Below are positions 9,171 to 17,097 of a stretch of DNA of 45,020 bases, one piece after another (position 1 is the first letter of the stretch; the number at the start of each line of letters is the position of its first letter). This DNA comes from Planctomycetota bacterium (GTDB lineage: Bacteria > Planctomycetota > Phycisphaerae > FEN-1346). The stretch is taken from assembly GCA_016782785.1 (NCBI GenBank), contig JADHXV010000002.1:1-45020 (forward strand), read 5' to 3'. Position numbers and translations under genes: made by a program. Under the pieces are notes generated by a model that saw only the letters and a list, made by a program, of their open reading frames with translations, searched no databases and was not told the origin of the DNA.

Positions 9171-9998
9171 CTACCGCAGCAGCGAGAGGGCCAACTGCGG
9201 CATGGTGTTGGCCTGGGCCAGCATGGCGACGCCGGCCTGCGCGAGCACCTGGTTGCGCGTCATCCTCGCCATTTCCTGGGCGACGTCGACGTCGGAGATG
9301 CGGCTTTCGGCGGCGGCCAGGTTCTCGGCCTGGATGTTGAGCACCGACACCGTGTTCTCGAGGCGGTTGATCTTGACGCCGAACGAGGCGCGGGCCTCGT
9401 CCTTGTCATCGATGGCCGTCCCGAGCGCCGCCAGGGCCGACTGGGCCTTTCCCATGTCCGTGATGGCGAGGCTGGAGAGGCCCAGACCCGTCTTGGACAC
9501 GTCGACCTTGTTGACCTCGATGTAGTCGACGTTGGCCGTTGAGCCCGACCCGACCTGGATCTTCACCGCCGTCCCCGCGCTGTCGTTGAGCAAGCCGATG
9601 CTGTTGAAGGCGGTGGACTTGGCGATACGGTCGATCTCGTTGGCCATTTCCTGGAACTCGTCGTCCATCATGGCGCGCTGCGTGGTCGAGTAGGACCCGG
9701 TGGCGGCCTGTGCGGCGAGTTCTTTCATCCGCACCATGCAGTCGTCGATGGTCTGCAGGGCGCCTTCAGCGGTCTGAAGCATGCTGATGCCGTCCTGGGC
9801 GTTCGAGGCGCCCTGCCTCAGCACCGCGATGTCCGCCCGCATCAACTCGCGGACGGCCAGACCGGCCGCGTCGTCCGCCGCACTGTTGATGCGGAGGCCC
9901 GACGACAGCCGCTCCACGGACTTGGCCAGCGTGTCGTACGACGTGGCCAGGTGCCGCGCTGCGTTTTCTGCCATGAGGTTGTTCTTGATCGCGAGCAT
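9171..9998 (-). CDS. fliC: flagellin (short, D0/D1-only type)
   Basis: MLAIKNNLMAENAARHL...LSSGLRINSAADDAAGLAV at the N-terminus and ...VLAQAGVAMLAQANTMPQLALSLLR at the C-terminus. The protein is 275 aa. GGGAG Shine-Dalgarno sequence upstream of the ATG at 9998. Sigma-28 promoter upstream. Confidence 0.95.
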   Translation of the reverse strand: MLAIKNNLMAENAARHLATSYDTLAKSVERLSSGLRINSAADDAAGLAVRELMRADIAVLRQGASNAQDGISMLQTAEGALQTIDDCMVRMKELAAQAATGSYSTTQRAMMDDEFQEMANEIDRIAKSTAFNSIGLLNDSAGTAVKIQVGSGSTANVDYIEVNKVDVSKTGLGLSSLAITDMGKAQSALAALGTAIDDKDEARASFGVKINRLENTVSVLNIQAENLAAAESRISDVDVAQEMARMTRNQVLAQAGVAMLAQANTMPQLALSLLR

Positions 9999-10143
9999 GG
10001 TTTTCTCTCCCTTTAACCGAACCGAGTTTTGGCGTTTGTGCGAGCCCCAGCAGCCCACACCTCTGACACGTGTTCATGTGGCGGCGCGACCGTCGGCGGC
10101 ATCCTGCGTCCGATGATTGTCACCGCCATGCTTCGGGATTTCA

Positions 10144-10170
10144 TTATCGACGGGCCGAAACGATACTTTA
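10144..10170 (-). promoter_or_regulatory. sigma-28 (FliA) promoter of fliC
   Basis: The minus strand reads TAAA-gtatcgtttcggccc-GTCGATAA. This is TAAA, a 15-nt spacer, then 7 of 8 matches to GCCGATAA. It lies about 145 nt upstream of the fliC ATG. Confidence 0.75.
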
Positions 10171-10435
10171 GGACTTTCGCCGACGCCCCTTGAGTTCACG
10201 GGGTGAAATCCCGCTCAGAAGACGCAGCACGGGGGTGATGGTCGTGAGCCCGCCGCGGAAGCGGCGGGTCATCCGCCTCGGCCAAGGCCCGTGACATGCC
10301 GAGGGAACGTGACCGGCCGCTCCCGCGGCCGGCTCGCGGCGCGCCAGGAGGGCAAGAAGAAGGCCTGGCACCCGATATATGGGGGCCAGGCCCTGTCATT
10401 GCCCTCTATGATGGGCTACTACGCGGTTTCCGGGA

Positions 10436-10726
10436 CTAGATGCCGATCGTCAGGATCGCCTCGGCCGCCCGTTCGGCCGCCTCGGCCGTATCCAGGGCGC
10501 CGGAGGCCAGGAGGCGTTTCGCCTCGGCCACGGCCTCGGCCCGGACGGCTTCCTCGTCGCCCGTACTGGCCTGGGCGAGGTACGCCTGAAGGTCGGCGGC
10601 GTCCGGCCGGTCCGTTTCGTCCGGTTTCGGGCCGGCGCCATGGGCCGCCGGACCCGGCGGCTGGGGCTGACGGCTGCCGTCCGGCAAGCCGAGGGGGTCG
10701 GAGCCTTGTGTCGGTTCGATCTGCAT
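10436..10726 (-). CDS. flgM: probable anti-sigma-28 factor FlgM-like protein
   Basis: 96-aa protein with a disordered Pro/Gly-rich N-terminus. The C-terminal VRAEAVAEAKRLLASGALDTAEAAERAAEAIL matches the FlgM pattern (V..lK.aI..G.y.vd.e.iA..il). GGAGAGG Shine-Dalgarno sequence. It is the last cistron of the fliA array. Confidence 0.55.
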   Translation of the reverse strand: MQIEPTQGSDPLGLPDGSRQPQPPGPAAHGAGPKPDETDRPDAADLQAYLAQASTGDEEAVRAEAVAEAKRLLASGALDTAEAAERAAEAILTIGI

Positions 10727-10817
10727 AACGGCCTCTCCGTCTGAACCTTCGCCACCCGTATTTTCGTGGTCCCCGGCGACGACTTGAGAACAAAGTTGGC
10801 CGACAGCCGGATTTTTT

Positions 10818-11474
10818 CTAAAGTTTTCCGGCGGCCACTTCCGTCCTGTCGGGCGGCCGGCACGGCAGGGTCTCGGTCGCCTCGTGGGCGACGAACTTCT
10901 GGAACGCCCGCGGACTGACGGTGCCGAGTTCCCATCCGAACGGTTCGGTGCCTTCGCCGGCCTCCCGGCAGAAGAAGCGGCGGAGGCGGCGCTGGGTGTG
11001 CTCGTCGGTCGTGTCCCAGACGTGGTCGACGGCCCAGAGGACGCGGCCGGTCCGCAGGTCGACGAGCCGCAGGTACAGGCCCATCTGCATCCTCGGGTAC
11101 GGCTGCCAGCGGGTGACGGCTCCGGCCAGGACGGCGTCGGCCCCGAGCGTGCTGCGCAGTCGGGCCAGGTCGGTCAGCGTCATGGGGGCGGTGCCGACGT
11201 TCGGCAGGTCGGCGGCCCGGGCGGCGTCGGCCGGCACCGGCAGCACGTGAAACAGCCGGCAGGCCTGGACGGCCTGAAACAGTTCCTCGGTCAGGCCGAG
11301 TTCGGTGCCGGGGTGGTCGGTCTCGTTGGTCAGCGGCAGGAGGGCCACACGCTGGACCGAGACGATGTCGCGCCGCGGGGCGGCATAGTGGCCCACGCGG
11401 TTCATCGCTTCGGGCGCGCACCCCGCCAGCACGAGGACGGCTGCGAGGACGCCGATGTTACTGGCCCGCGTCAC
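10818..11474 (-). CDS. lipoprotein, LpoB/CsgG/FlgO-like alpha-beta pattern (function unknown)
   Basis: GTG start. Lipobox LVLAGC at residues 15-19. The pattern VALLPLTNETD...TEELFQAV...DAVLAGAVTRW...LYLRLVDLRTGRVLW is typical of small periplasmic lipoproteins of that fold. It overlaps the upstream gene by 17 nt. Confidence 0.6.
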   Translation of the reverse strand: MTRASNIGVLAAVLVLAGCAPEAMNRVGHYAAPRRDIVSVQRVALLPLTNETDHPGTELGLTEELFQAVQACRLFHVLPVPADAARAADLPNVGTAPMTLTDLARLRSTLGADAVLAGAVTRWQPYPRMQMGLYLRLVDLRTGRVLWAVDHVWDTTDEHTQRRLRRFFCREAGEGTEPFGWELGTVSPRAFQKFVAHEATETLPCRPPDRTEVAAGKL

Positions 11475-12048
11475 CGGTGGCTCCTTCCGAGGCTGTGCCG
11501 GTGGTTCCGGTGCCCTGTTCCGCGGTGGCGGTGGGAGTGGAGGCGGCGGTGGCGGCCGGGGCCGATTCGGGCACCTCGCCGCCCAGCAGCCGGAGCACTT
11601 TGTGCAGGGCGTCCAGTTCCGCCAGGTGGGCGCCGCGCATTTCGTCGCGGTAGCCGAGGACGTCGGTCTTCCACTTGTCGTTGGCGCGGCGGACGTCGAT
11701 GAGGAGGCTGTTGGCGTCCTGGAGTTCCTTCTGGGTCTGGGCGAGTTCGCCCCGGAGACCGACGACGGTCTGGCCCAGTTGGCGGTTTTCGTCGGCGAGG
11801 CGGCGGTTCTCCTGCTCGCGGCGCGAGATCTCTTCGACGGCCCGGGCGTATTTCTCGGACCAGACCAGCGCGCTCTCGACGGCCGTCGGCGTCTCGGTCT
11901 GCCCGTCGGGCGCCATGGCCGTTTCCTTCAGATACGGGGCCTGGTCGGTGGGCGACAGGGCCTCGGCGGGCCCATCGCGCCGGGTGCCGAACGAGCAGCC
12001 GGCCACGGTCAATGCCAGGGCCAGGGCGACGGGGACGATGCGTTTCAT
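11458..12048 (-). CDS. coiled-coil lipoprotein (function unknown)
   Basis: Trimmed to MKRIVPVALALALTVAGCS (lipobox), with AAGGAGG 7 nt upstream. The centre is a heptad-rich coiled coil (EQENRRLADENRQLGQTVVGLRGELAQTQKELQDAN). The tail is Thr/Ala/Gly-rich. Confidence 0.65.
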   Translation of the reverse strand: MKRIVPVALALALTVAGCSFGTRRDGPAEALSPTDQAPYLKETAMAPDGQTETPTAVESALVWSEKYARAVEEISRREQENRRLADENRQLGQTVVGLRGELAQTQKELQDANSLLIDVRRANDKWKTDVLGYRDEMRGAHLAELDALHKVLRLLGGEVPESAPAATAASTPTATAEQGTGTTGTASEGATGDAGQ

Positions 12049-12341
12049 CAGGTTGCCTCCTTGTTTGCATGGCGGCCGTTGTCGGGCGCGCCGGGGCCAT
12101 CGCCCCCGGCGGCCTCGGGTACCGGCCATCGGCACTCGACGTACATGACGTTACCGCAGGGGCAGTGCACTTCCAGGACGGCGTGGTCGTCGTGACGGTG
12201 CGCGATGCGGACCTGGGCGTTCGCGCCGTCCGGCGGCGCGGCGCCCGGCCTCGGCCCCGGCCGAGGCGCGGAGCCGGCCGGCGAGGCCGGTGCGGTCCGA
12301 ACGCGATGTTTCTTGATGACGGAGGCCATGTTGGCTGGCAC
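12048..12341 (-). CDS. small conserved-looking hypothetical protein with a CxC...C motif
   Basis: 97 codons with high GC3. GTG start with AAGGA about 10 nt upstream. Core sequence is VRIAHRHDDHAVLEVHCPCGNVMYVEC. Its stop overlaps the start of the next lipoprotein gene. I recognise no family. Confidence 0.45.
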   Translation of the reverse strand: MPANMASVIKKHRVRTAPASPAGSAPRPGPRPGAAPPDGANAQVRIAHRHDDHAVLEVHCPCGNVMYVECRWPVPEAAGGDGPGAPDNGRHANKEAT

Positions 12342-12373
12342 GGCAGATGGTTCCTTTCGTTCGTTTCAGGCGG

Positions 12374-12631
12374 TCAGGCCAGGGTGTCGACCACGTGGTC
12401 CTTTCCGTTGCTGGACGGTTTCGCAGGCGTCGGCTCCTGGACGTTGGGTTCGGTGTCGGCGGGCACGGGGGCAGCGGCCGACGTCTTGCCCTTGCCGCCG
12501 CGTCGGCGCCGGCGGGAGCCGGGCGGCGTCCGGTTCGGCAGCCGCTTGTCCTGTTGCGAGATGGGCGCGGTCTCGGCGATTTCGCGTCCGCGGTCGGGCC
12601 CGTTGACGGCGTAGTTGCTGGCGCTGGTCAT
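12374..12631 (-). CDS. small basic, disordered hypothetical protein translationally coupled to fliA
   Basis: The internal ATG at 12629-12631 forms an ATGA overlap with the fliA stop. It has 85 codons, about 90% of them ending in G/C. Sequence is MTSASNYAVNGPDRG...RRRRRGGKGK... I recognise no family. Confidence 0.45.
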   Translation of the reverse strand: MTSASNYAVNGPDRGREIAETAPISQQDKRLPNRTPPGSRRRRRGGKGKTSAAAPVPADTEPNVQEPTPAKPSSNGKDHVVDTLA

Positions 12632-13410
12632 GACGTCTCGCCCCCCAGTCGCATGGACAGCCTGAACAGGGCGCCGGCGTGGACCTGGCTGACGCGGGAC
12701 TCGGTCACGCCGAGCACCTCGGCCACCTCCTTCATGGTGAGGTCGCGTTCGTAGTACAGGAGGACGACGCGGCGTTCGCGTTCGGGCAGTTCCTGGATAG
12801 CCTGGGCCAGCCGGCGCGTCGTCTCGCGTTTCTGGGCCTGGTGGTCGGGCGAGGTGGTCGTGGCGGGGATAAGGTTGGCCAGGCACGGTTCATCGTCACC
12901 GAGGCCGTAGATGGACAGGAAATGCTGCCGGCGGGCCTCCTGGACGGTGCGGTAGTAGGCCTGCAGGGACAGGCCGGCCCGGTCGGCCAGTTCCTGGTCG
13001 TTCGGAGGCCGGCCGGCGTCGGCCAGGAAGGCGGCGTGGGCCTGGCGGATGCGGCGGACCTGGCGGTGGACATCGGTCGAGGCGAACGACCGGCTCCGCA
13101 GTTCATCGATGACGGCCCCGCGGACGCGGATGTAGGCGTAGGTCTTGAACTCGGCGTGCCTGTCGGGGTCGTAGGCGCGGGCCGCCCGCACCAGGCCCAC
13201 GGTGCCGGCCGAGACGAGGTCGTCGGTGTCGACCCGTCGGCCGAGGTGGGCGGTGACCTTGCGGACGATGTGGTGGACGAGCGGGATGTACTCGACGATG
13301 AGCCGGTCCTGGAGGGCCTGGGCCGACTCCTGGGCGTAGGCCGCCTGCGCCCGGCTCTGGACGTGGGCGTTGGGGGGGTCGGTCACGGTCGGTTCCATGG
13401 GCGCGCTCAC
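12628..13410 (-). CDS. fliA: flagellar sigma factor FliA (sigma-28)
   Basis: Region 2 (LVSAGTVGLVRAARAYDP...FKTYAYIRVRGAVIDELR), region 3, and region 4 (LPERERRVVLLYYERDLTMKEVAEVLGVTESRVSQVH) are all present. GTG start at 13410. An alternative ATG lies at 13398. Confidence 0.93.
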   Translation of the reverse strand: MSAPMEPTVTDPPNAHVQSRAQAAYAQESAQALQDRLIVEYIPLVHHIVRKVTAHLGRRVDTDDLVSAGTVGLVRAARAYDPDRHAEFKTYAYIRVRGAVIDELRSRSFASTDVHRQVRRIRQAHAAFLADAGRPPNDQELADRAGLSLQAYYRTVQEARRQHFLSIYGLGDDEPCLANLIPATTTSPDHQAQKRETTRRLAQAIQELPERERRVVLLYYERDLTMKEVAEVLGVTESRVSQVHAGALFRLSMRLGGETS

Positions 13411-13634
13411 CGCAGGTGCTCCTCACGCCGATGCGACGGGTTCGGGCCGCTGCGGATGACCGAGACGAGGATGCGGATGGCCATCCGGCCGGCGATGGTC
13501 GTCAACACGTAGGCCACAAACGCCCCCGCCAGCGCCCGCAGGCTGCAGACGAAGGGCGGCACGCCGCTGGCCGTCCCGATGGCGGCCAGCAGGAGGAGCG
13601 TGAAGACCGCGACGCTGGTGGCGATGCCTCTCAT
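13407..13634 (-). CDS. small two-TM membrane protein (function unknown)
   Basis: 75 codons with high GC3 and two hydrophobic helices. Its stop overlaps the fliA GTG (GTGA). It occupies the flhA-fliA interval where flhF/flhG usually lie. Confidence 0.5.
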   Translation of the reverse strand: MRGIATSVAVFTLLLLAAIGTASGVPPFVCSLRALAGAFVAYVLTTIAGRMAIRILVSVIRSGPNPSHRREEHLR

Positions 13635-13673
13635 CGGTTTCGTGGTTCCCGGCTGGTGCTACAGGGCTACTTC

Positions 13674-13704
13674 CCGCGCGGTGGGTCTCCTGACCCGCCG
13701 CGCA
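13674..13704. repeat. GC-rich palindromic element (REP-like), inverted copy
   Basis: GCGCGGTGGGT-CTCCTG-ACCCGCCGCGC. Its reverse complement matches the CGCGGCGGGT-nnGGAG-ACCCGCCGCG family. Confidence 0.7.
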
Positions 13705-13722
13705 CGGCTGCGTTCGCCCTTC

Positions 13723-13752
13723 TCGCGGCGGGTGCGGAGACCCGCCGCGCGG
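13723..13752. repeat. GC-rich palindromic element (REP-like)
   Basis: CGCGGCGGGT-GCGGAG-ACCCGCCGCGCGG, with a perfect 10-bp stem. It lies between flhA and the small 2-TM ORF. Confidence 0.7.
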
Positions 13753-13766
13753 CACTCGTCTCTCTA

Positions 13767-15947
13767 TCACGTCGCGCCGGCCGCCGCAGCGACCGGGGTC
13801 CGTCCGGCGCGGCCCCCCTTGGCCGCGGGCGGCGCCACGTTGGCGGCGGCCGGCGCGGCCGGGGCGGCGGGGACGGTCGCCACCGAGTCCACCGGGGTGC
13901 CGACGGCCACCTCGTCGTAGGCCAGGATCGGCAGGTCCGGCAGTTGCCGCGACAGCATCGCCGCCATGTGAGGCCGGAGCCGGTAGTCGCACAAGAGGAC
14001 GGCCTTCTCGTGGCCCTCGTTCATGGCCTTGTGCCAGGCCTGGCCGATGCGGCGCGCGAGGTCCAGGGCCCGGTCCGGGGCCAGGGCGAGCGTCTCGCTC
14101 GCGCCTTCCTGCGCCAGGAGGCCGCGGAGTTCGTACTCCAGGCTCGGCTCCAGGACGACCGCCTGGACGTGGCCGAGATCGTCGGCGTGCTGCTCGCTGA
14201 CGGTCCGGGCCAGAACCTTACGGACCAGTTCGGTCAGCAGCGAGGGGTCCCTGGTGCCGGCGGCATGGTCGCCCAGGGTTTCGATAATCTGCGGGAGGTT
14301 GCGGATCGGGATACGGTCCTTCAGGAGGTTCTGGAGGACGCGGTGCAGGAGGCCGAGAGGCACATTCTCGCCCACCACGCCGCCCACCAGCGTCGGCTCG
14401 CGTTCCCGCAGCCGGTCGACCAGGGTCTGGACGTCGTCGCGCGACAGAATCTCGTGGGCGTGCCGGCGGAGCGTCTCCGACAGGTGCGTGACCAGGACCG
14501 ACTCGGGGTCCACGACGGTGTAGCCGGCCAAGGTGGCCTCTTCCTTCTGGTCGGGCGTGATCCAGAGGGCCGGCAGGTTGAAGACCGGCTCCTTGGTGGC
14601 CTGGCCCTTGATGGGCTGGGTGACGGTGCCGGGGTCCATGGCGAGGAACCGCTCGGCCTCGAGCCGACCGGTCGCCACCACGTGGCCGTGGATACGGATT
14701 TCATAGACGTTGGGGTCCAGGGCCATCTGGTCGCGCAGTCGCACCAGGGGCAGGACGATGCCGTAGTCCTGGGCGAACCGGCGCCTGAGCGGCCCGATGC
14801 GGTGGAAGACGCTGTCCTTGCGGCGGGGGTCGACGGTCCGAATGAGCCGGGCGCCCACCTGGACGGCGATGCGGTCGACGTCGAGCATCGTCTCGACGGG
14901 CGGCTCGTCGCCCGGCTCGGCGGCCTTCGGTTCGGGCGGCTTGGCCAGGGCGCGGTGTTCGCGCTGGGCCAGCGTCCGGGCCAGCAAGCCCGCCCCGAGC
15001 GAGAGCACGATGAACGGCACCTTCGGGAATCCCGGCACGAAGACCATGGCGCCGAAGAGGACGGCCGCGATGCCGATGGGCCGGCTCCGGGCGAACATCT
15101 GGCGGACCAGGTCGTGGCTCAGGCTTTCGAGCGTGGAGGTCTTCGAGATCAGAAAGCCCGCCGACGTGGAGATGACGATGGCGGGAATCTGGCTCACCAG
15201 GCCGTCGCCGATGGCCAGTATCGAGTACGTTTCGGCGCTCTGGGCCAGGCTCATGCCGCGCGTCAGGCCGATGACCATGCCGCCCACCAGGTTGACCGCC
15301 GTGATGATAAGGCCGGCGATGGCGTCGCCGCGGATGAACTTGCTGGCACCGTCCATGGCGCCGTAGAACTCGCTCTCGCGGACGATCTTCTCGCGGCGGG
15401 CCTTGGCCTCGTTTTCGTTGATGAGCCCGGCGTTGAGGTCGGCGTCGATGCTCATCTGCTTGCCGGGCATGGCGTCGAGGTTGAACCGGGCGGCCACCTC
15501 GCTGATGCGCTCGGCGCCTTTGGTGATGACGATGAACTGGATGACCACCAGGATCAGAAACACCACCAGGCCGATGGTCAGGCTGCCGCCCGCCACGAAC
15601 TGGCCGAACGTCTGGATGATGCGGCCGGCGTCGCACTGCATCAGAATGAGGCGCGTGGACGCCACGTTCAGGCTCAGCCGGAAGAGCGTCAGAAACAGCA
15701 GCAGCGACGGGAACGTCGAGAGTTCCACCGACTCGCGCGTCGAGAGGACCACGATCATGGTCCCCACGGCCAGGGCGATGCTGCACGCCAGCAGCAGGTC
15801 CAGCAGGAACGTCGGCAGGGGAATCAGCAGCGTGGCCAGGACCATCGCCAGGCCGAACGCGAACAGGATGTCGTTGTGCGCCACGAGGCGCCCAAAGGTG
15901 CTCGTGTCCTTCGGGCCGGCGTTCGGGATGGGGGTCAGGCCCGGCAT
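13767..15947 (-). CDS. flhA: flagellar type III export gate protein FlhA
   Basis: 726 aa. Conserved FlhA TM region (FPSLLLFLTLFRLSLNVASTRLIL), FHIPG-like linker and cytoplasmic domain. Confidence 0.96.
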   Translation of the reverse strand: MPGLTPIPNAGPKDTSTFGRLVAHNDILFAFGLAMVLATLLIPLPTFLLDLLLACSIALAVGTMIVVLSTRESVELSTFPSLLLFLTLFRLSLNVASTRLILMQCDAGRIIQTFGQFVAGGSLTIGLVVFLILVVIQFIVITKGAERISEVAARFNLDAMPGKQMSIDADLNAGLINENEAKARREKIVRESEFYGAMDGASKFIRGDAIAGLIITAVNLVGGMVIGLTRGMSLAQSAETYSILAIGDGLVSQIPAIVISTSAGFLISKTSTLESLSHDLVRQMFARSRPIGIAAVLFGAMVFVPGFPKVPFIVLSLGAGLLARTLAQREHRALAKPPEPKAAEPGDEPPVETMLDVDRIAVQVGARLIRTVDPRRKDSVFHRIGPLRRRFAQDYGIVLPLVRLRDQMALDPNVYEIRIHGHVVATGRLEAERFLAMDPGTVTQPIKGQATKEPVFNLPALWITPDQKEEATLAGYTVVDPESVLVTHLSETLRRHAHEILSRDDVQTLVDRLREREPTLVGGVVGENVPLGLLHRVLQNLLKDRIPIRNLPQIIETLGDHAAGTRDPSLLTELVRKVLARTVSEQHADDLGHVQAVVLEPSLEYELRGLLAQEGASETLALAPDRALDLARRIGQAWHKAMNEGHEKAVLLCDYRLRPHMAAMLSRQLPDLPILAYDEVAVGTPVDSVATVPAAPAAPAAANVAPPAAKGGRAGRTPVAAAAGAT

Positions 15948-16005
15948 CGCGCTCCCCTACGGGTCGCGGCTAAAAGGGTATGGCCGGTTGGCTGTCGGCT
16001 GCGGT

Positions 16006-17082
16006 TCATGGCCTCGTGCCCTGTCGCTTGCGCCGGAGGCGGTAGATCATGGCGAGGATCTCCGCCACGGCCACGTAGAGCGGTTCCGGGATCGGCCGGC
16101 CGACCTCCACGGTCCGGTAGAGCGTGCGGGCCAATTCCGGCCGCTCGACGATCGGCACGCCGTGGGCCCGCGCGATCTCGCGGATGCGTTCGGCCAGGTA
16201 GTCGGCGCCCTTGGCGGTGACCTGCGGGGCGTTCATGTCGCCGGCGTTGTACTTCAGGGCCACGGCCACGTGCGTCGGGTTGGTGAGGACGACGTCGGCC
16301 TGGGGCACCTCGTGCAGCATCCGCTTGCGGATCATCTCGAACTGCATCCGGCGAAGGCGCGACCGGACCTCCGGCGCCGCCTCGTGCTGACGCCGCTCTT
16401 CCTTGACCTCCTGCCGGGTCATCCGGAGGTCCTTGCGGTGCTGCCACCGCTGGTACAGCACGTCCAGGAGGGCAATGACGAGCATGGCGGCGGCAAAGCG
16501 GGCGACCAGCCCGAAGATGACCTCCATGATGACCTTCAGCGAGGCCAGCGGCGTGGCCCACGCCAGGGCCAGGCACTCGTCCAGCCGGCCGCGGAGGTAC
16601 GTCAGGGCGATGGCCGCCATCACCCCCAGTTTCGCCCACGACGCCACCAGCCGCACCAGCGACCGGGCCGAGATCAGTTTCTTCAGCCCGTTCACCGGGT
16701 TGATGGCCTGGGGGTTGAAGCGGATGGCCTTCGGCGCAAACGCCCAGCCGCCCACCAGCAGGCCGCTGGCCACGCTCGCCACCCCAAGGGCCACCATGAA
16801 CGGGACGATCGTCATCAGGGCGTCCCATCCCCTGGCCGAGAGCAGGGCCGACACCCGGCCCACGTCGAGCCGATGGTCGGCCCCGAACGAGACGCCGGCC
16901 GTCATCTGCTCGGCGAACCACTGCCAGATGCCGCCGGCCGACAGCCCCAGCGCCACCAGCAGCATGCCCAGCGTCAGCGCCAGGGCCAGTTCCTGGCTCT
17001 GCGGGACGCGGCCCTCCTCGCGGGCCTTCCGCAGGCGCCCGGGGGTTGGGGGTTCGGTCTTTTCGGCGGCCGAGTCGGCCAC
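16006..17082 (-). CDS. flhB: flagellar export switch protein FlhB
   Basis: 358 aa. EKTEPPTPGRLRKAREEGRVPQS at the N-terminus and an NPTH autocleavage motif (VLTNPTHVAVAL). GTG start with GAGGAG upstream. Confidence 0.96.
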   Translation of the reverse strand: MADSAAEKTEPPTPGRLRKAREEGRVPQSQELALALTLGMLLVALGLSAGGIWQWFAEQMTAGVSFGADHRLDVGRVSALLSARGWDALMTIVPFMVALGVASVASGLLVGGWAFAPKAIRFNPQAINPVNGLKKLISARSLVRLVASWAKLGVMAAIALTYLRGRLDECLALAWATPLASLKVIMEVIFGLVARFAAAMLVIALLDVLYQRWQHRKDLRMTRQEVKEERRQHEAAPEVRSRLRRMQFEMIRKRMLHEVPQADVVLTNPTHVAVALKYNAGDMNAPQVTAKGADYLAERIREIARAHGVPIVERPELARTLYRTVEVGRPIPEPLYVAVAEILAMIYRLRRKRQGTRP

Positions 17083-17097
17083 GGCACCGTGCTCCTC

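Noticed and set aside
10249-10268. Membership of the hairpin CCCGCCGC-GGAA-GCGGCGGG in the REP-like family.
   Set aside because: The arm order is reversed relative to the family (GCGGCGGGT...ACCCGCCGC) and the GGAG loop is absent. It is treated as an independent terminator-like hairpin.
10727-10817. A possible dedicated sigma-28 promoter for the FlgM-like gene (TCAAG...CGAAAATA).
   Set aside because: Only about 3 of 8 positions match the -10 consensus. The gene more likely rides on the fliA transcript.
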